64,000 nucleotides of DNA, taken from positions 3,311,227 through 3,375,226 of the forward strand of contig JAHRHZ010000122.1 of assembly GCA_024137785.1 (NCBI GenBank). Direction: 5' to 3'. Positions 1 to 12,739 of the stretch are shown one piece after another. Each line of letters opens with the position of its first letter. Position 1 is the first letter of the stretch. This DNA comes from Ginglymostoma cirratum (Eukaryota). The notes beneath the pieces are model-generated. The model searched no databases, was not told where the DNA came from, and saw only the letters and a list, made by a program, of their open reading frames with translations. The position numbers and the translations under genes were made by a program.

Positions 1-636
1 ATTCCCGAGTAAACAAAATTCGATTAGTATGCTGTTCCAATAAATACAAATCCCACTTATATAAACCAAAGAAATAAGAAAAATAAATGAAAACTTAGTC
101 TCTCAAAATTGCAGCCAGGATAAGTCTTCCGGAATACTCTGTACCCTCTCCTTTGATCAGTCAGGAATGTCTTTCTCCGTCGAATTGTTATGTCAGGATT
201 ATTAGCTAAGAGAGCTGCTGTACCTTTAGTTTAAATGATGGTTTTCTGAGAGCTTAGAGAATTATGCAAGAGCTAGTGATTCTTTCTTTTATAGCTGAGA
301 GCTGTCTCTTGGCAGATGATAGTTGACTCACACTGATTTTCAAATGCCCTCTTCTTTTATACCCTTGATGACTTATTAATTTCTTACAATTGGATTGGAC
401 CTAAGTTGTCAAAACCATCAGATTTTAAATTTAGTTGGGTTCTGGTATCTAGGGCCAGGTTTAAATTAGTTGACTAAATTCAAAAGTCTGTTGTCTTGGT
501 AAAAATGCTGCTTTGCCTGCTAACAGTATAGTCTTTTGATACGTTTCAATTTCAAGAATTTTCTGTGCATCAGCTGCTGCCTGCAGACATTTTTTAAAAT
601 CTCTTAAAAAAATACATCAGTTTTAAAGGGACCACA
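1..636 (-). mobile_element. Possible LTR running off the window start (tentative)
   Basis: Minus strand begins TGTGG at 636 and shows CCAAT boxes (about 389-398) followed by TATAAAAG (about 355-362). Confidence 0.3.
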
Positions 637-704
637 TACTCTTCCCGCTCCCCCACCCCCCACTATCATTTTACAACCATCAACTTCACAATATCTGTTC
701 TGCC

Positions 705-1432
705 TGTGTTCAGCCCATATTCCTCTGAACCTTTCTTATCCATTTACCTGTACAAAAGTCTTTTAAAAGTTGTAATTGTACATGCTTCTACCATTTCCTC
801 TGGCAGTTCATTCCTTATATGCACCACTCTCTGTGTAAAAATGTTGCACCTCAGGTCCCTTGTAAATCATTCTGCTCTCACCTTAAATTTATACCCTCTA
901 GTTTTGGACTCCCCTACCCTGGGGGAAAGACCTTGTCTATTCACCTCATCTATATCCCTCACAATTTTATAAACCTCTACAAGGTGACCCTCAGCCTCCT
1001 ACGCTCCAGGGTGAAAAGTCTCAGTCTACCCAGTCTCTCATTGTGACTCAAACCTCCAGTCTTGGTTACATCCTTGTAAATCTTTTTAGCTGCCTTTCCA
1101 CTTTAATAACACTCTTATGGCAAGGCGACTAAAATTGGATGCAGTACTCCAGATGTGGCCTTACCAACGTCTTCTACAGTTGTAACTTGACATCCCAACT
1201 CCTGCACTCAATGCCATGACTGACGAAGACAAGCGTGCCAAGCACTTCACCACGCTGCCGACTTGTGACGCCTCTTTCAAGGAACTATGCACCTGTACCG
1301 GTCAGTCTCTCTGTTCAGCAACACTTCCCAGGGCCCTACCATGAGCTGTGCAAATCCTGCCCTGGTTTGTCTTACCAAAATGTAACAACTTGCCTTTATC
1401 TCAATTAAACTCCATCTGCTATTCCTCAGCCC
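705..1432 (-). mobile_element. CR1 LINE 3' fragment
   Basis: Reverse complement resembles the C-terminal ORF2/3' UTR of the other CR1 copies, e.g. 23480-24400. Confidence 0.8.
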
Positions 1433-1479
1433 ACAATTTCATTGTTCACAATCTGACTGATCCCGCCAAAGGATATCTG

Positions 1480-1660
1480 CAATTTGAAGTTGATCGCTCT
1501 CTGTACCCTCTCAGCAGCTATAACATTGTATCCTGCGCTCTGTTCTGTTACCCTGACGCGCTTGTATAGTACAATCTACCTGTAAAGCATTTAAGACAAC
1601 ACTTTTCACTGTATCTCGGTACACGTGATAGTAATAAATCAATCAAGTCAAATCAAATCA
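1480..1660 (+). mobile_element. LINE 3' tail (Rex1/Babar-like) ending in (aaatc)n
   Basis: ttttcactgtatctcggtacacgtgatagtaataaatcaatcaagtcaaatcaaatc; family assignment from memory only. Confidence 0.45.
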
Positions 1661-1824
1661 AAAATGTTTTCTTTAAAATCACACTTCAGACTTTGTTAAA
1701 AGTCAGTTGTAAACAAAATGGTGCAGAGATTTTTTGGGTGCCGATGCAAGTGTTGAATCAGAAGTGATAAATAAATTTAACTGATGGGAAATTTTCATAA
1801 AACTCCCACAGCTGCAGAACCAAG

Positions 1825-2880
1825 GACTACGGTGAGGTGCCGGAAGACTGGAGAGTGGCTAATGTGGTGCCATTATTTCAGATAGCCGGTAAGGAAAAGC
1901 CAGAGAACTATAGACCGGTGAGCCTGAAGGTGGGCAAATTGTTGGAAGGATTTCTGAGGAACAGGATTTACGTGCATTTGGAAATGCTGATTAGGGATAG
2001 TCAGCATGGCTTTGTGCGTGGGAACTCATGTCTCACTAACCTGACTGAGTTTCTTGTAGAAGTGACAAAGAAGATTGATGAAGGCAGAACAGTGGACATT
2101 GTCTATATGGACTTGAGCAAGACTTTCAACAAGGTTCCACGTCTGGTTAGCAAGGTAGATCACATAGAATCCCGGAACAGCTTAGGCTGAACAAAGAGAC
2201 CTTGGGGTGCAGGTTCATCGTTCATTAAAAGTGGAGTCGAGGGTAGAGAGGGCGGTGAAGAAGGCATTTGGTACGCTTGCCTTTATTGGTCTGTGCATTG
2301 AGTACAGGAGTTAGGTACAGCTGTACAGGACATCGGTTAGGCCACTTTTGGAATACTGGTCTTCATGCTAGAGGAAAGATGTTGTGAAATTTGAAAGAGT
2401 GCAGAAAAGATTGACAAGGATGTTGCTCAGGTTAGAGGGTTTCCAGATATAGGGAGAGGTTAATAAGCTGGGGCTATTTTCCCTGGAATGTCAGAGGCTG
2501 AGAGGTGGCCTGATAGAAGTTTATGAAATCATGAGGGGAATGGATAGGGTGAATAGCTAAGGTTATTTTCCCAGGGGAGGGGAGGGAGTTCAAAACTAGG
2601 GGAATGGGTTTAAGTTGAGACGTGTAAGAGATAAAAGGGATAATAGGGGAAACTTTTTTGCAGGGAGTGGTGTGTATGGAATGAGCTGCCAGAGGAAGTG
2701 GTGGAGACCGGTACAGTTACAATGTTTAAAAGGCATCTGGACGGGTACAGGGATAGAAAGGGTTTACAGTGATATGGACCAAATGCTGGTCAATGGGATT
2801 AGATTACTTTAGGATATCTGGTCAGCGCGGACCAGTTGGACCGAAGGGTTTATTTCCATGCTGTATAACTTATGACAATG
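1825..2880 (+). mobile_element. CR1 LINE 3' fragment with an internal deletion
   Basis: ORF 1837..2190 PEDWRVANVVPLF...QHGFVRGNSCLTNL; CR1-type 3' end near 2880. Confidence 0.88.
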
Positions 2881-2914
2881 ACTCCACATCTAGTTACATT
2901 TTCAATGTTAAACA

Positions 2915-4460
2915 CTATGAACAATACAGTATTATTGACAGGATATGATTTAACAGGAAATAAAGTAAGTTAATGATATATTTATAGAGAGTCAAAGGTA
3001 TAAAAATGAACAAAAAGAAAAAGATGAAGAAAACCCAAGAGGAGGGGGAGTTAAGAAAGAGAGAGAGCAGAAAAACTGAAGATACAACAGAATAAGAAGG
3101 CAGAATAGGGGATATAGAGAAAAAGCTAAAGCCAAAAAGACAAAAAATAACAAAAAGTGAAAAAGAAAAAATGCCATTTGGCACCTGGATATTCTAGCTG
3201 GTCAAACTCTAACTCTATATTCTGCTGTGAAAAATGTTATTACATCTTATACATCCATTAGACAGGAGTCCTCAAGCTCAAAGTCTCAACCAATAGATGG
3301 TGGAGAAAGAGAGGTGTTTTCATTACCTCCATGTCTCCACCAAGTGCAAATATTTCAGCATACACACTCTGAATTGAACAGCCACACAGTTGGATAGAAA
3401 ATCATGCAATCAACCCTTCCATCTTTACCTACATCCAGAAAATCTCACATATCCTTTTCTTTTAAAACACAAGGGTATATATCCTTTGGAAAGCATCAAC
3501 CACCAACAATCCATAACAGGAATGGGAGCACAAAAATGTTAGGAATACACTAGAGGGACCCAGAAGTACCTGGAAGTGGGAAACGCCTGACAAACATTTT
3601 GGTTGGAACTTGCCAATCAAACACGGCAAACATTACAGAACTGATAAAAGTTTGGAAAGTTAAGAACAAATATAAACTTGTTCCCACCATTTTGGACATG
3701 ATTAATTGATTGACTTTTTCTGAAAGTATTTAGTACATCATTACTGTTGTCCAGAGGTTCTGGTTTGCTCAGTCCTGTTAAAGAGGTTCCCATCTTTCTG
3801 TAGCAATTCACATGCAGGGTCTCCACCCAAATCATTATCCTGCAAGCGCAGACATTGTGTGCTCTTATTCACATTTTACTCGTCCCGTGGTGTGATAATG
3901 CTATTTTGTACAGTATTAGTTAATTTGCTTTTCTCTTTGAGTCAACTAAATGAAAATTTTAAAAATGTAAATCTGACAGAGAAATGTCAGTAACACTATC
4001 TGTTGAGTGGAACTGCTGATATGATTTGGACAGAGGTGGTCATTACACTGGAATTGATCACTTTCCGATCTCCAGTTGATGAATCAGATCCAGATTGTGC
4101 CACATCAAGGCTACTGGCCCTCTGTGTCCAACCAGCTCTCCTCCTGAGCTGTAGTCCAGCAGTATTAAACCGTAGAACATTTATTCTCTGAAATCCATTC
4201 TTTGACTCCCTACTCACTGTGTTGCCCATCTGCTTTTTGAGGTTTCCTCTGACTGTTCCTCAGGCACAGTCAAGTATCATCCAGGGTTCTTTGCTTTGTT
4301 GGGAAAGCAGTGGGGTATCAGTGTGGTGGGCTTCAAGAGAGCTACGGGGTGATTGTATTCGTAGGGAGAACACAAGTGCTGATTTGAAATACAGGAAAAA
4401 CACAGCAAGCTAGGAGTGACTTTCGGCAGTTGGATGGTGGCTCTGGTACAAATTAATGTC
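2915..4460 (-). mobile_element. Highly decayed L1/Tx1-like LINE fragments (tentative)
   Basis: T-rich 3'-UTR-like tract on minus, plus weak ORF1/ORF2-like peptides (e.g. LNFPNFYQ); no intact motif. Confidence 0.3.
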
Positions 4461-4524
4461 AATGGAAGAAGTTCGCATCACAAAATCTGACTCAAATTTA
4501 GCAGATACCATTAATTTGAACAAT

Positions 4525-5050
4525 GAGATAACAAGGTGTGGGCCCTGCAGCCCAATGGTATCAATGTGGATTTCACAAGCTTCAAAATCTCCCCTCCCCC
4601 AACCGCATCCCAAAACCAGCCCAGCTCATCTCCGCCTCCCTAACCTGTCCTTCCTCTCACCTATCCCCTCCTCCCACCTCAAGCCCCACCCCCATCTCCT
4701 ATCTACTAACCTCATTCCGCCCCCTTGACCTGTCCGTCCTCCCTGGACTGACCTATCTCCTCCCTACCCCCCCCACCTACACTCACCTTTACTGGCTCCA
4801 TCCCCGCCTCTTCGACTTGTCTGCCTCTTCTCCACCTATCCTCTCCTCTATCCATCCTCTATCCGCCTCCCCCTCTCTCCCTATTTATTTCAGAACCCTC
4901 TTCCCCTCCCCCATTTCTGATGAAGGGTCTAGGCCCGAAACGTCAAGCTTTCCTGCTCCTATGATGCTGCTTGGCCTGCTGTGTTCATCCAGCCCCACAC
5001 CTTGTTATCTCGGATTCTCCAGCATCTGCAGTACCTTTTAACTCTCATAT
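4525..5050 (+). mobile_element. 5'-truncated Penelope-like retroelement: GIY-YIG C-terminal remnant, pyrimidine-rich UTR and hammerhead-like pseudo-LTR, with a short inverted copy of the terminus at the left end
   Basis: From 4542 it translates ALQPNGINVDFTSFKI, resembling the end of PLE GIY-YIG endonucleases. 4525-4542 is the reverse complement of the element's own 3' part. TSD ccattaatttgaa(c/t)aat at 4508-4524 and 5051-5067. Confidence 0.75.
4914..4947 (+). ncRNA. Minimal type I hammerhead-ribozyme-like motif (family A)
   Basis: uuu-CUGAUGA-A-GGGU(CUAG)GCCC-GAAA-C-GUC-aag: conserved core boxes, 4-bp stem II, self-complementary ACGU helix III, GUC triplet, weak 3-bp stem I. Confidence 0.55.
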
Positions 5051-5354
5051 CCATTAATTTGAATAATCCCTTGTTTTGATTTTCTCTTTAAGGTTTCTCG
5101 AAGGGTTTTTAAAACTCTGAATTCTGTGAAGACTGCAGGCATATTTCTTGTTGATGGATGCAATTTTAAACGGGTCTTAGTGCTGCCGTTTCCCTTCTCG
5201 TGTCTTAAAGCTGGGGCTGGGGGGTTATCATGAACATTTGATTTCCCAAGATCCAAGTGTTAACATTGAGACGATTCCCCATGATCAGCTGGAGGTACTT
5301 TCCACAAGCTTTGTTTACATAAATATCGACGTGTCACCTAATGATATGAATGAA

Positions 5355-8020
5355 AGAACAAGAGAAGTCCTGCACAGGAACAGGCCCTTTGGCCTTCCAA
5401 GCCTGCGTCGATCGATCATCATGCCCTAACTAAACTGAAAAAACAAACCTCCTGCCTTTATTCAGTCTGTATCCCTCAATTCCCTCCCTATTCACGTAAC
5501 CATCCAGATGCCTCTTAAATGTTGCCAACATGCCTGCTTCTGGCAGTGCATTCCAGGCTCCTACCACTCTCTGTGTGTAAAACTTCCCTCGCACATCTTC
5601 CTCAGACTTCACCCCTCTCACCTTGAACCTGTGCCCCCTTGTAATTGAACTTCAACTCCGGGAAAAAGCCTCTGACTATCCACCCAATCTGCACCTCTCA
5701 TAATTTTGTAGATCTCTATCAGGTCTCCTCTCAGCTGCCATCTTTCCAGTGAAAACAATCCGAGTTTTTTCAACTTTGCTTCATTGCCAATGCCCCCGAG
5801 ACCAGGCAACATCCTAGTGAACCTTCTCAGCACTCTCTCCAAAGCGTCCACGTCCTTCTGGCAGTGGGGTGACCAAAACTGCATGCAGTACTCCAAATGC
5901 GGCTTAACAAGGGTTTTACATAGATGCAACATGTTTTGCCAACTCTTGTACTCCATGCCCTGGTCAATGAAGGCAAGCACGCCATATGCCTTCTTAATCG
6001 CCTTGGCCACCTGTGTTACCACTTTTAGGGAAATGTGGACCTGCACATCCAGATCCGTCGATATGTTCATGTTCCTAAGGGCTTCTGCCATTTACAGTAC
6101 GGTTCACACCCAAATTTGATCCTCCAAAATGCATCATCTCGCATTTGTCTGGATTAAACACCGTCTGCCATTTCTGTGCCCAAGTCGCCAATCTATCTAT
6201 ATCCTGTTGTATGCTCTTACGATCGTCGGCACTATCAGCAACTCCACCAGTCTTCGTGTCATCTGCAAAATTATTAATCAGACCACCCACATTTTCCTCC
6301 AGATCATTTACTTACACTATGATTAACAGAGGACCTAAGACTGATCCCTGTGGAACAGCACTAGTTATCGGCCTCCATTCTGAAAAACACCCTTCCACCG
6401 CTACCCTCTGTCTTCTGTGACCAAGCCAGCTTTGTGTCCATCTAGCCAGCCCACCCCGAATCCCATGTAATTTTACTTTTTGTACCAGTCTGCCATGTGG
6501 GACTTTATCAAATGCCTTACTAAAGTCCATATAAATTATATCCACAGCCCTTCCCTCATCAATTATCTTTGTCACCTCTTCAAAAATTTCAATCGTGTTG
6601 GTGAGCTACGACCTTCCCCATACAAAACCATGCTGCCTGTCACTAACTAGTCCATTTTCTTCCAAATGTGCATATACCTTGTCATTCAGTATCTTCTCCA
6701 AGAGCTTTACCACCACAGATGTCAGGCTCACCGGCCTATAATTTCCTGGATAATCCCTGCTTCCTTTCTTAAACGAGGAAACAATATTGGCTAAGCTGCA
6801 GTCCTCTGGAACCTCACTTGTGGTCAAAGAGGATGTGAAGATATCTGGTAATGCTCCAGCTACTTCTTCCCTTGCCTCTCGCAGCAACCTGGGACAGACC
6901 CGGGACTTCAGTTTTGTAGGGACATGCAAGTCCTGCAGTTTAATCAACTGGTCTTTAAAAGCCTCCCACATGCCAGATGTAGATTTGTCCTCAAATAACT
7001 GCTCCCAATCCACATTCCCCAGTTCCTGTCTAATTTGGATATAATTGGCCCTTGCCCAAGTAAGCATCCTCACCCGAGGGCCACTCTTGTCCTTGTCCAT
7101 GACTCTTGAAATCTTATGGAGTTATGGTCACTAAGCCCAAAATACTCTCCTAATGAAACACTGATCACCTGTCCTGGCTCATTCCCTAATACCAAGTCTA
7201 GTATGGACTCCTCTCTGGGTGGATTGGCAACATACTGTCTCAAAAGAGCCCTCCTGGACACATATAACAAATTTCTCTCCATCCGAGCCTCTGGGTCTAA
7301 GGGAGTCCCAGTCAATAAGAGGAAAGTCAAAGTCACCCACCACAACTACACTGCTTTACTTACAACTTTCCATTGTCCAACTACATATCTGCTCGTCTGT
7401 CTCGCATGGACTATTGGGAGGTCTATAGGAAATTCCCAACGTTGTGATTTCACTCTTCCTATTCCTGAGCTCCACCCATAATGCCTCACTGCAAGATCCC
7501 TCTGATGTGTCCTCCCTCAACCAAGCTTTGATGTGATCCCTACTCAGCAATGCAACTCCCTCAACCCTCTTGTTATCCATCTAAAACAGTGATATCCTGG
7601 AATGTTAAGCTGCCAGTCCTGCCGCTCCTTTAACCATGTCTCTGTAAGGGCAATAACTCATAATCCCATGCAGTAATCTATGCTTTTAGCACACCTGTCT
7701 TAATTTTATACTTGCATCGAAGTAATGCACTCCAGACCTCCAGTCCCTCTGAGCCCTGCAACTTCCCTCTGCCTGCTTTTACTCTGCACCATGCATACCT
7801 CAGTCTCTCTTTTGACCACAGTCCCTGCACTCACCGGCCTGTTGTTCCAGTTCCCAACCCCCTGCCACGCTAGTTTAAACCCTCCCGAAGAACTCTAGCA
7901 AATCTCTTGCCCAGGATATCAATGCCCCTCCAGCTCAGGCACAACCCGTCCTTCTTGTAGAGGTCCCACCTTCCCCAGAAGACATCCAACGATCCAAATA
8001 TCTAAAGCCCTCCCTCCTAC
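5355..8020 (-). mobile_element. CR1 LINE, internally deleted (endonuclease and RT remnants)
   Basis: Minus-strand ORFs with YRPPNS, ILDLVLGNEPG, SDHN, NYRPVSLTS, YMDFSKAFDKVPH, VPQGSVLGP, FADD; large deletion junction near 6900. Confidence 0.9.
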
Positions 8021-8271
8021 ACCAGCATCGGTCCAATTCAAACCTCCTGAAATAAAGACCGACATATAATTAGTCACTTAGATGTCCTTTTTTGTAAGAC
8101 CTGTCCACTGGTGTTGAGCGATGTGTACATGAGACCCAATAAATCCCTTTGCACATACATATATCTTAACATCTCATCTTTTAAGCAAAAAAACCCAATT
8201 CATTTCTTTCAAGGTGAATTACCTCACTTGCTCATAATGCACTATTTGTTCCTTTGTAACTTGTTTTACAG

Positions 8272-8388
8272 ACAATAAGGATTGCAGATGCTAGAAGCCA
8301 GAGTCTATAGGCGTGAGGTTGGAAGAGCACGGCAGGCCAGACAGCATCCGAGGGGCAGGAAAGTCCATGTTTCAGGCCAAAACCCTTT
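8272..8388 (-). mobile_element. Diverged single-arm Penelope-like terminus (family A-related)
   Basis: tgcagatgctagaa...gcaggcc...agcatc...gcaggaaag...tgtttcaggcc...cccttt aligns by eye to the family A arm. Confidence 0.55.
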
Positions 8389-8639
8389 GTAACTCACTGC
8401 TCTGTTTGCAAAGTTTACACTACCAGCTTTGCATCATTTGCAAACTTATGCAACTTCATTAGCTCATTGTTATATGCAGAACCATGAAAAGGCAAGGCCC
8501 CAGTACAGATCTCTAATGACATCTTTTTATCCTTGCACTATGTCTCCCACTCTCAAGTAATTACCACCTCCAATCACTTACTTACCTCCATTTTCAATTA
8601 TATTAATAATCTCTTAAATAGACCCTTATCAGACTTGTT

Positions 8640-11600
8640 TGAATGAGAGCAGAGCTAGTTGGAATTGACTGGGAAAGGAGTTCAGCAGCAAAGATAGTTG
8701 AGGCAAAATGGTAGATATTTAAGAAAATAATTAACACTTACAGCAAAGGTATATCCCAGTGCGAAAGAGGAATTCTAGCAAAAGGATAAGCTAACCATGG
8801 TTAACCAGGAAAGTGAAGGCTAGCTTCAAACTGAAAGACAGACCACAAAGAACACATACCATGTGGTAAAGATTAGTGGTAACTGGAGGATCGGGAAAAT
8901 GTTTAAAAAAGGAAACCAAAAACAAAATAAAGAGGGAAAAAAAGAAACTTTGAGGGTGACCTTTCAAGTAATATCAAGATGGACAGAAAAAGCTTCTTTA
9001 AATATCTAAAATGGAAGAAAGAGGCCAAAGTTAACATCGTCCCTTAGAGTATGAGGCTGTGGAAATAATAATGGGGGAGCAGGATACGGCAGAGGAGTTG
9101 AATAAATACTTAGCATAAGTCTTCACAGTGGAAGACACTAATAACTTTCCAAAACTACTAAATACTCAAGGGGCAAAAAGAGGACAGGAAATAAATACAA
9201 TGTCCATCACTAGAGAAAAAGTGTGATGGAAACTAATGGGGCTTAAGATCTATGCCCCACACCCCCTCCCCAGGCCTGATGGAATGCACCCTAGAATATT
9301 AAAGTTTGGAGCTACAGAGACTGTGGATACACTGGTAATCTTTCAGGAAATCTTAGTGTCTGGAAAAGTCCCAGAGCATTGGAAAACTGCCAATGCAATA
9401 CATTTATTTAAAAAGGGAAGGAGATAAAAATCAGGTAGCAATGGGCCAGTTAGCTTAGGATCTGTTATTGGTAAAAATGTTTGAGTCTACTAAAGAGAAT
9501 ATAACAGTACAGTATTGAGAAATACATAATATGGTCAAGCTGACTCAGCGTGGCCTCATGAAAGGAAGGTCAAGCTTGACAAATTTACTAGAGTTCTTTC
9601 GTGAGGTAACAAGTAGGATGGATAAAGGGGAAGCTGTGGATGGGATATATTGAATTTTCAGTAGGTGTTTGAGAAGGTACCACACGTTTGCATACTTAAT
9701 AAGAGCCTGTGGTGTTAGAAGCAGTCTAGTAGCATGGATACAGGAATGGCTAAGTAATAGAAGACAGACAGTTGGGAACCTGTAACTAGTGGAGTGCAGT
9801 GTCACAGGAATCAGCTTTAGGGCCAAAATTACTTAGAATATATATTAATGACAAGGACAAGGAAAATGAGCATACTTTCGCCAAGTTTGCAGATAACACA
9901 AAAATGTGGGAAGACAAGTGTTGAGGACGGCACAAAGAGTCCACAGAGGGATACAGACAGGTTAAGACACTGGGCAAAAACTCAGCAGATGGAATATGAT
10001 GTGGGAAAATGTGACGGTGTGGACTTTGGCGAGAGGAATGCAAGATCTGAATGATATTTAAGTAGAGAAAGACTATGTAGCTATAAGAAGTAGAGCTATA
10101 AGAAAGGGTAGATAGCTATAACACAGAGGGAGGTTCTTGTGCATAAATCTCAAAAAAACTAGCATATATATTTAGCTAGTAAAAGGAAGGCAAATGGAAT
10201 GTTAGCTTTGAATATAAAGTAATGGAGTATGAAAATAGGGAAGTCTTGCTAAAACTAAAGAAGGCCCAAAACTAAAATAGTGTGAACAATTTTGGACCCC
10301 TTATCGAAGGGAAGATATAATGGCATTGCAGGCAGTTCAAAGAGCAAGTGTGAAAATAGATAAGTCCCCTGGGCCGGATGGGATCTATCCTAGAATTCTC
10401 TGGGAAGCTAGGGAGGAGATTGCAGAGCCTTTGCCTTTGATCTTTTTGTCGTCATTGTCTACAGGAATAGTGCCAGAAGACTGCAGGATAGCAAATGTTG
10501 TCCCCTTGTTCAAGAAGGGGAGTAGAGACAACCCTGGCAATTATAGACCAGTGAGCCTTACTTCGGTTGTGGGTAAAGTGTTGGAAAGGATTATAAGAGA
10601 GAGGATTTATAATCATCTAGAAAGGAATAATTTGATTAGGGATAGTCAACACGGTTTTGTGAAGGGTAGATCGTGCCTCACAAACCTTATTGAGTTCTTT
10701 GAGAAGGTGACTAAACAGGTGGATGAGGATAAAGCGGTTGATGTGGTGTATATGGATTTCAGTAAAGTATTTGATAAGTTTCCCCATGGTAGGCTATTGC
10801 AGAAAATTCGGAGGCATGGGATTGAGGGTGATTTGGCGGTTTGGATCAGAAATTGGCTAGCTGTAAGAAGACAGAGGGTGGTGGTTGATGGGAAATTTTC
10901 ATCCTGGAGTTCAGTTACTAGTGGTGTACCGCAAGGATCTGTTTTGGGGCCACTGCTGTTTGTCATTTTTATAAATGACCTGGATGAGGACGTAGGAGGA
11001 TGGATTAGTGAATTTGCGGACGACACTAAAGTCGGTGGAGTTGTGGATAGTGCGGAAGGATGTTGCAGGTTACAGAGGGACATAGATAAGCTGCAGAGCC
11101 GGGCTGAGAGGTGGCAAATAGAGTTTAATGCGGAGAAGTGTGAGGTGATTCACTTTGGAAGGAGTAACAGGAATACAGAGTACTGGGCTAATGGTAAGAT
11201 TCTTGGTAGTGTGGACAAGCAGAGAATGTTGGTGTCCATGTGCATAGATCCCTGAAAGTTGCCACCCAGGTTGATAGGGTTGTTAAGAAGGTGTACGGTG
11301 TGTTAGGTTTTATTGGTAGAGGGATTGAGTTTCGGAGCCGTGAGGTCATGCTGCAGCTGTACAAAACTCTGGTGCGGCCGCACTTGGAGTATTGCGTACA
11401 GTTCTGGTCGCCACATTGTAGGAAGGATATGGAAGCATTGGAAAGGGTGCAGAGGAGATTTACCAGGATGTTGCCAGGTATGGAGGGAAGGTCTTGTGAG
11501 GAAAGGCTAAGGGACTTGAGGTTGTTTTCGTTAGAGAGAAGAAGGTTAAGAGGTGACTTAATAGAGACATACAAGATGATCAGAGGATTAGATAGCGTGG

Positions 11601-12370
11601 ACAGTGGGAACCTTTTTCCTCGAATGGTGATGGCTCGCATGAGGGGACATAGCTTTAAATTGAGGAGTGATAGATATAGGACAGATGTCAGAGGTAGATT
11701 CTTTACTCACAGAGTAGTAAGGGCGTGGAATGCCTTCCCTGCAGCAGTAGTAGACTCGCCAACTTTAAGGGCATTTCAATGGTCGTTGGATAAACATATG
11801 GATGATAATGGAATAGTGTAGGTTAGATGGGCTTCAGATTGTTACACCGCCCTGTGAAACCATCGGGGGCCGAAGGGCCTGTACTGTGCTGTAATATTCT
11901 ATGTTCTATGTTCATTCACTAGGCATGATTCTGGGTATGGAAGGCTCCTTATGAGAAGAGGTTGAATAGGTTGGGTCTGTACTTGTTTGAGTTTAGAAGA
12001 ATGACAGATGACCTTATTGAAACTTACAAGATTCTTAGAGGACTTGACAGGTTAGATGTGGCCAGGTTGTCTAGCCTTGTTGAACAATATAGGACCAGAG
12101 GGTCTAATCTTAGAATAAAGGGTTGCCTCTTAAAACAAAGGTTGAAGGGGAATTTCTTCTAGCAGTGAATGCATGTCAAGACTCGATCATTAAGTATACT
12201 CAAGGCTGAGACAGACACATTTTCATCAGTAAGGAAATCAAGAGCTCTGGAGAGAAGGCAGGAAAAAGGAGTTAAGCATTGTCAGATTAGCCACGATCCC
12301 ATTAAGTGGTGGAGTAGACTTGATGGGCTCAGTGACTTGCTTCTGCCCCCATCTTATGGTGTTCTGGTTT
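8640..12370 (+). mobile_element. Older decayed CR1 LINE (host of the nested copy)
   Basis: ORF2 remnants with stops and frameshifts (PDGMHPRILK, KVPEHWKTAN, LIETYKILRGLDR); continues on both sides of 10346-11913. Confidence 0.8.
10346..11913 (+). mobile_element. Young 5'-truncated CR1 LINE (ORF2 reverse transcriptase and 3' UTR) nested in an older CR1
   Basis: ORFs 10320..11255 and 11240..11821 give KSPGPDG, NYRPVSLTS, QHGF, YMDFSK, GVPQGSVLGP, FADD and YCVQFWSP; single frameshift near 11226; (ttctatg)n tail. Splits the host sequence gcagttcaaagag|ttcactagg. Confidence 0.92.
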
Positions 12371-12739
12371 TCCATGACATTCAATGACAATCTCCCTTTC
12401 ATCATATGAGTGATGTTTTTAACTACAAGTCAACTAGATTAGTAAGATGATACCTACCCTGTCACAAATCATACTTCTCTGTGTTCAGTCACATAGCACT
12501 TGGTAATAGTTTCTCTGTTGTAAGGAAGTTGTGGTAATCTGGCAGCTCCTCAGTTAGTTAGATTTCTCTTTCCTTAAATAATGGTCTGACACTTGCATTT
12601 TTCCTATCCATAGACAACACTCCTGAATTAAGAGAAAAATTATGACCGATGCATCCCCAAGTTCCTCATCTACGGTATTTCATTCATTATACTGAAATTG
12701 AAACCATCAAGTCTTCAGATTTTGACCATCTCAACAGTA

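Noticed and set aside
4456-5041. Pro/Ser/Leu-rich ORFs 4456..4728 and 4538..5041 as novel proteins
   Set aside because: They are open only because the C/T-rich UTR of the Penelope-like element lacks stop codons.
10320-11821. Reverse transcriptase ORFs as a domesticated gene or a retron-like system
   Set aside because: Ordinary 5'-truncated CR1 ORF2 with a frameshift, a CR1 3' UTR and a microsatellite tail; endonuclease and ORF1 are missing.
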